DNA of 40,635 nucleotides from a virus: IMG/VR virus record IMGVR_UViG_3300037511_000368, positions 1 to 40,635 of that record; one strand, 5' to 3'. Shown piece by piece: positions 39,487 to 40,635 of this stretch (position 1 is its first letter; each line of letters starts with the position of its first letter). The notes under the pieces were generated by a model. It saw only the letters and a program-made list of their open reading frames with translations, ran no database searches and was not told where the DNA came from. The position numbers and the translations under genes were made by a program.

Positions 39487-39828
39487 ATGGACGATGATGA
39501 GTATCCTCCTATTGAGAAGAAGAAAAAGGCAGCGATTGATACGAGAATCCGTCTTAAGTCGCCTCACATGGACTTACCGGAGGATGGCTCTCAGGTTGCT
39601 TTTATGCTTAAGGACGCTGCTCTTGGGGAAGTGGGTTGGCCGGTTGGCTTTCTTCAAGAAGTCCTGATTGGGGTCTTCTCAAATGGAAGATTTTGCTCTA
39701 CGGACCTGGCTTGCATTCCTCAGGTGGTGAAATATTGGGGATATTTGGACTTGGATTCCCCGGTAAAGAGAGAGCTACACCCAAGATGGCTTCAAAGAGC
39801 CCATTCCATGGAGCTTCCGGATGACTGA
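39487..39828 (+). CDS. Hypothetical protein (113 aa) immediately upstream of terL
   Basis: ORF track; its stop overlaps the terL start (ATGACTGA). Confidence 0.55.
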   Translation: MDDDEYPPIEKKKKAAIDTRIRLKSPHMDLPEDGSQVAFMLKDAALGEVGWPVGFLQEVLIGVFSNGRFCSTDLACIPQVVKYWGYLDLDSPVKRELHPRWLQRAHSMELPDD

Positions 39829-40635
39829 AAATGAAAAAGCCCTGGCTCTTTTGGGCGATCCGACGTGGAGATTGAACAATCTTTACTGGATTATTGATAA
39901 AGAGGGGAAGAAGTCGAAATTTAAGCTAAATTGGGCCCAAGAGAAGCTTCATAAGAACACCTGGTACTCCAATATCATCTTAAAGGCTCGCCAGCTGGGT
40001 ATTTCCACGTATATCTGCCTTCTGTTCCTTGATAAGTGCTTGTTCAATAGCAACGTTTCCGCCGGTATCATAGCTCACACCCGTGAGGATGCGGAGCATA
40101 TGTTCAAGCGCGTCAAGTTCGCTTACGATCAGCTCCCGGACGAGCTCAAAAGACTTAGGACCGCAACGGTCGATAGCGCACGAGAGCTTGTCTTTAATAA
40201 CCATTCGAGCCTTCGCGTTGGAACTTCGATGCGCGGCTCTACCCTCCAGTATCTCCATATCAGTGAGTTTGGGAAGATCTGCGCTCATTTCCCTGATAAA
40301 GCACGTGAGATAGTAACTGGATCTTTGAATACGCTTGGCAACCGGCAATATATCTTCATAGAATCGACTGCCGAAGGTAAAGATGGCTACTTCTACGAGC
40401 TCTGTAAGCAGGCAGAAGCTATGCAGATAGCCGACAAGAAGCTTGCGCCGCTGGATTACCGATTCCATTTCTTCCCCTGGCATGAGTGCTCCGATTATGC
40501 GATGACCGAGCCTACCATAATCCCAAAAGAAATCGAAGAATATTTCTACAAGCTGGAATCCGGAGGGATAAAACTCACCGATGGCCAGAAGGCGTGGTAT
40601 TACAAAAAACTGATGATTCAAAAAGACGACATGAA
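39821..40635 (+). CDS. terL: Terminase large subunit, N-terminal ATPase part (runs off the window end and continues at 3..818)
   Basis: Open frame from ATG 39821 with no stop, which is why it is absent from the ORF track. Hand translation: MTENEKALALLGDPTWRLNNLYWIIDKEG...NIILKARQLGISTYICL (Walker A-like) ...YIFIESTAEGKDG. It is in frame with 105..818 through the overlap. The joined product is 501 aa. Confidence 0.9.
   Translation, partial: MTENEKALALLGDPTWRLNNLYWIIDKEGKKSKFKLNWAQEKLHKNTWYSNIILKARQLGISTYICLLFLDKCLFNSNVSAGIIAHTREDAEHMFKRVKFAYDQLPDELKRLRTATVDSARELVFNNHSSLRVGTSMRGSTLQYLHISEFGKICAHFPDKAREIVTGSLNTLGNRQYIFIESTAEGKDGYFYELCKQAEAMQIADKKLAPLDYRFHFFPWHECSDYAMTEPTIIPKEIEEYFYKLESGGIKLTDGQKAWYYKKLMIQKDDM
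40509..40635. repeat. Terminal direct repeat, copy 2 (identical to 1..127)
   Basis: Same 127-nt string as the window start. Confidence 0.95.

Larger units (their letters stand above)
1..40635. mobile_element. Complete circularly closed tailed-phage genome (podovirus-like module order), unit length 40,508 bp
   Basis: The 127-bp terminal overlap closes the circle. A full set of terminase, portal, scaffold, capsid, tail, fibre and recombination genes is present. There are no flanking bacterial housekeeping genes. Confidence 0.85.

Noticed and set aside
39980-40621. 213-aa ORF on the minus strand near the window end
   Set aside because: It lies entirely antisense to the terL ATPase-domain reading frame. 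That frame has clear terminase motifs and continues in frame across the circular junction. The antisense product has no recognisable features.

Overview
This window is a complete, circularly closed genome of a tailed dsDNA phage with a podovirus-like layout, not a chromosomal fragment. Bases 1-127 are identical to 40509-40635, giving a unit length of 40,508 bp. The large terminase gene reads in frame through that junction (39821..40635 continues into 3..818, 501 aa joined). Gene order from the junction is as follows. (1) TerL, followed by a run of tiny zinc-ribbon genes. (2) An accessory moron island at about 2316-4850, holding a terminator, two membrane proteins, a micro-ORF, a reverse-strand outer-membrane beta-barrel gene with its own promoter, SD and terminator, and tRNA-Thr(UGU). 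One of the membrane proteins carries a eukaryote-like U-box domain behind a bilobed hydrophobic hairpin. (3) Proline-rich micro-proteins. (4) Portal, scaffold, HK97-type major capsid and two paralogous beta-barrel accessory proteins. (5) Tail and adaptor proteins, a GNAT acetyltransferase embedded in the virion module, and putative internal/ejection proteins. (6) A large mosaic fibre locus at 20599-27424 with shared N-terminal anchors, a LamG-like protein and a C1q-like head. (7) Four membrane micro-ORFs. (8) A leftward replication/recombination operon with a SpoVG-like protein, a replication organiser, RecT, a Gp157-like protein and a PD-(D/E)XK exonuclease. (9) A rightward early operon with HTH regulators and RusA. 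(10) Small leftward membrane genes. (11) TerS and a C-depleted block of small genes including a GroES-like co-chaperonin. I found no integrase, transposase, DNA polymerase, rRNA, CRISPR array, reverse transcriptase or recognisable endolysin. The most unusual content is the U-box membrane protein plus the outer-membrane moron. Together they suggest, as inference only, a phage of a eukaryote-associated or intracellular bacterium that carries a host-cell-targeting effector. All functional calls come from motif recognition by eye and need HMM or structure searches.
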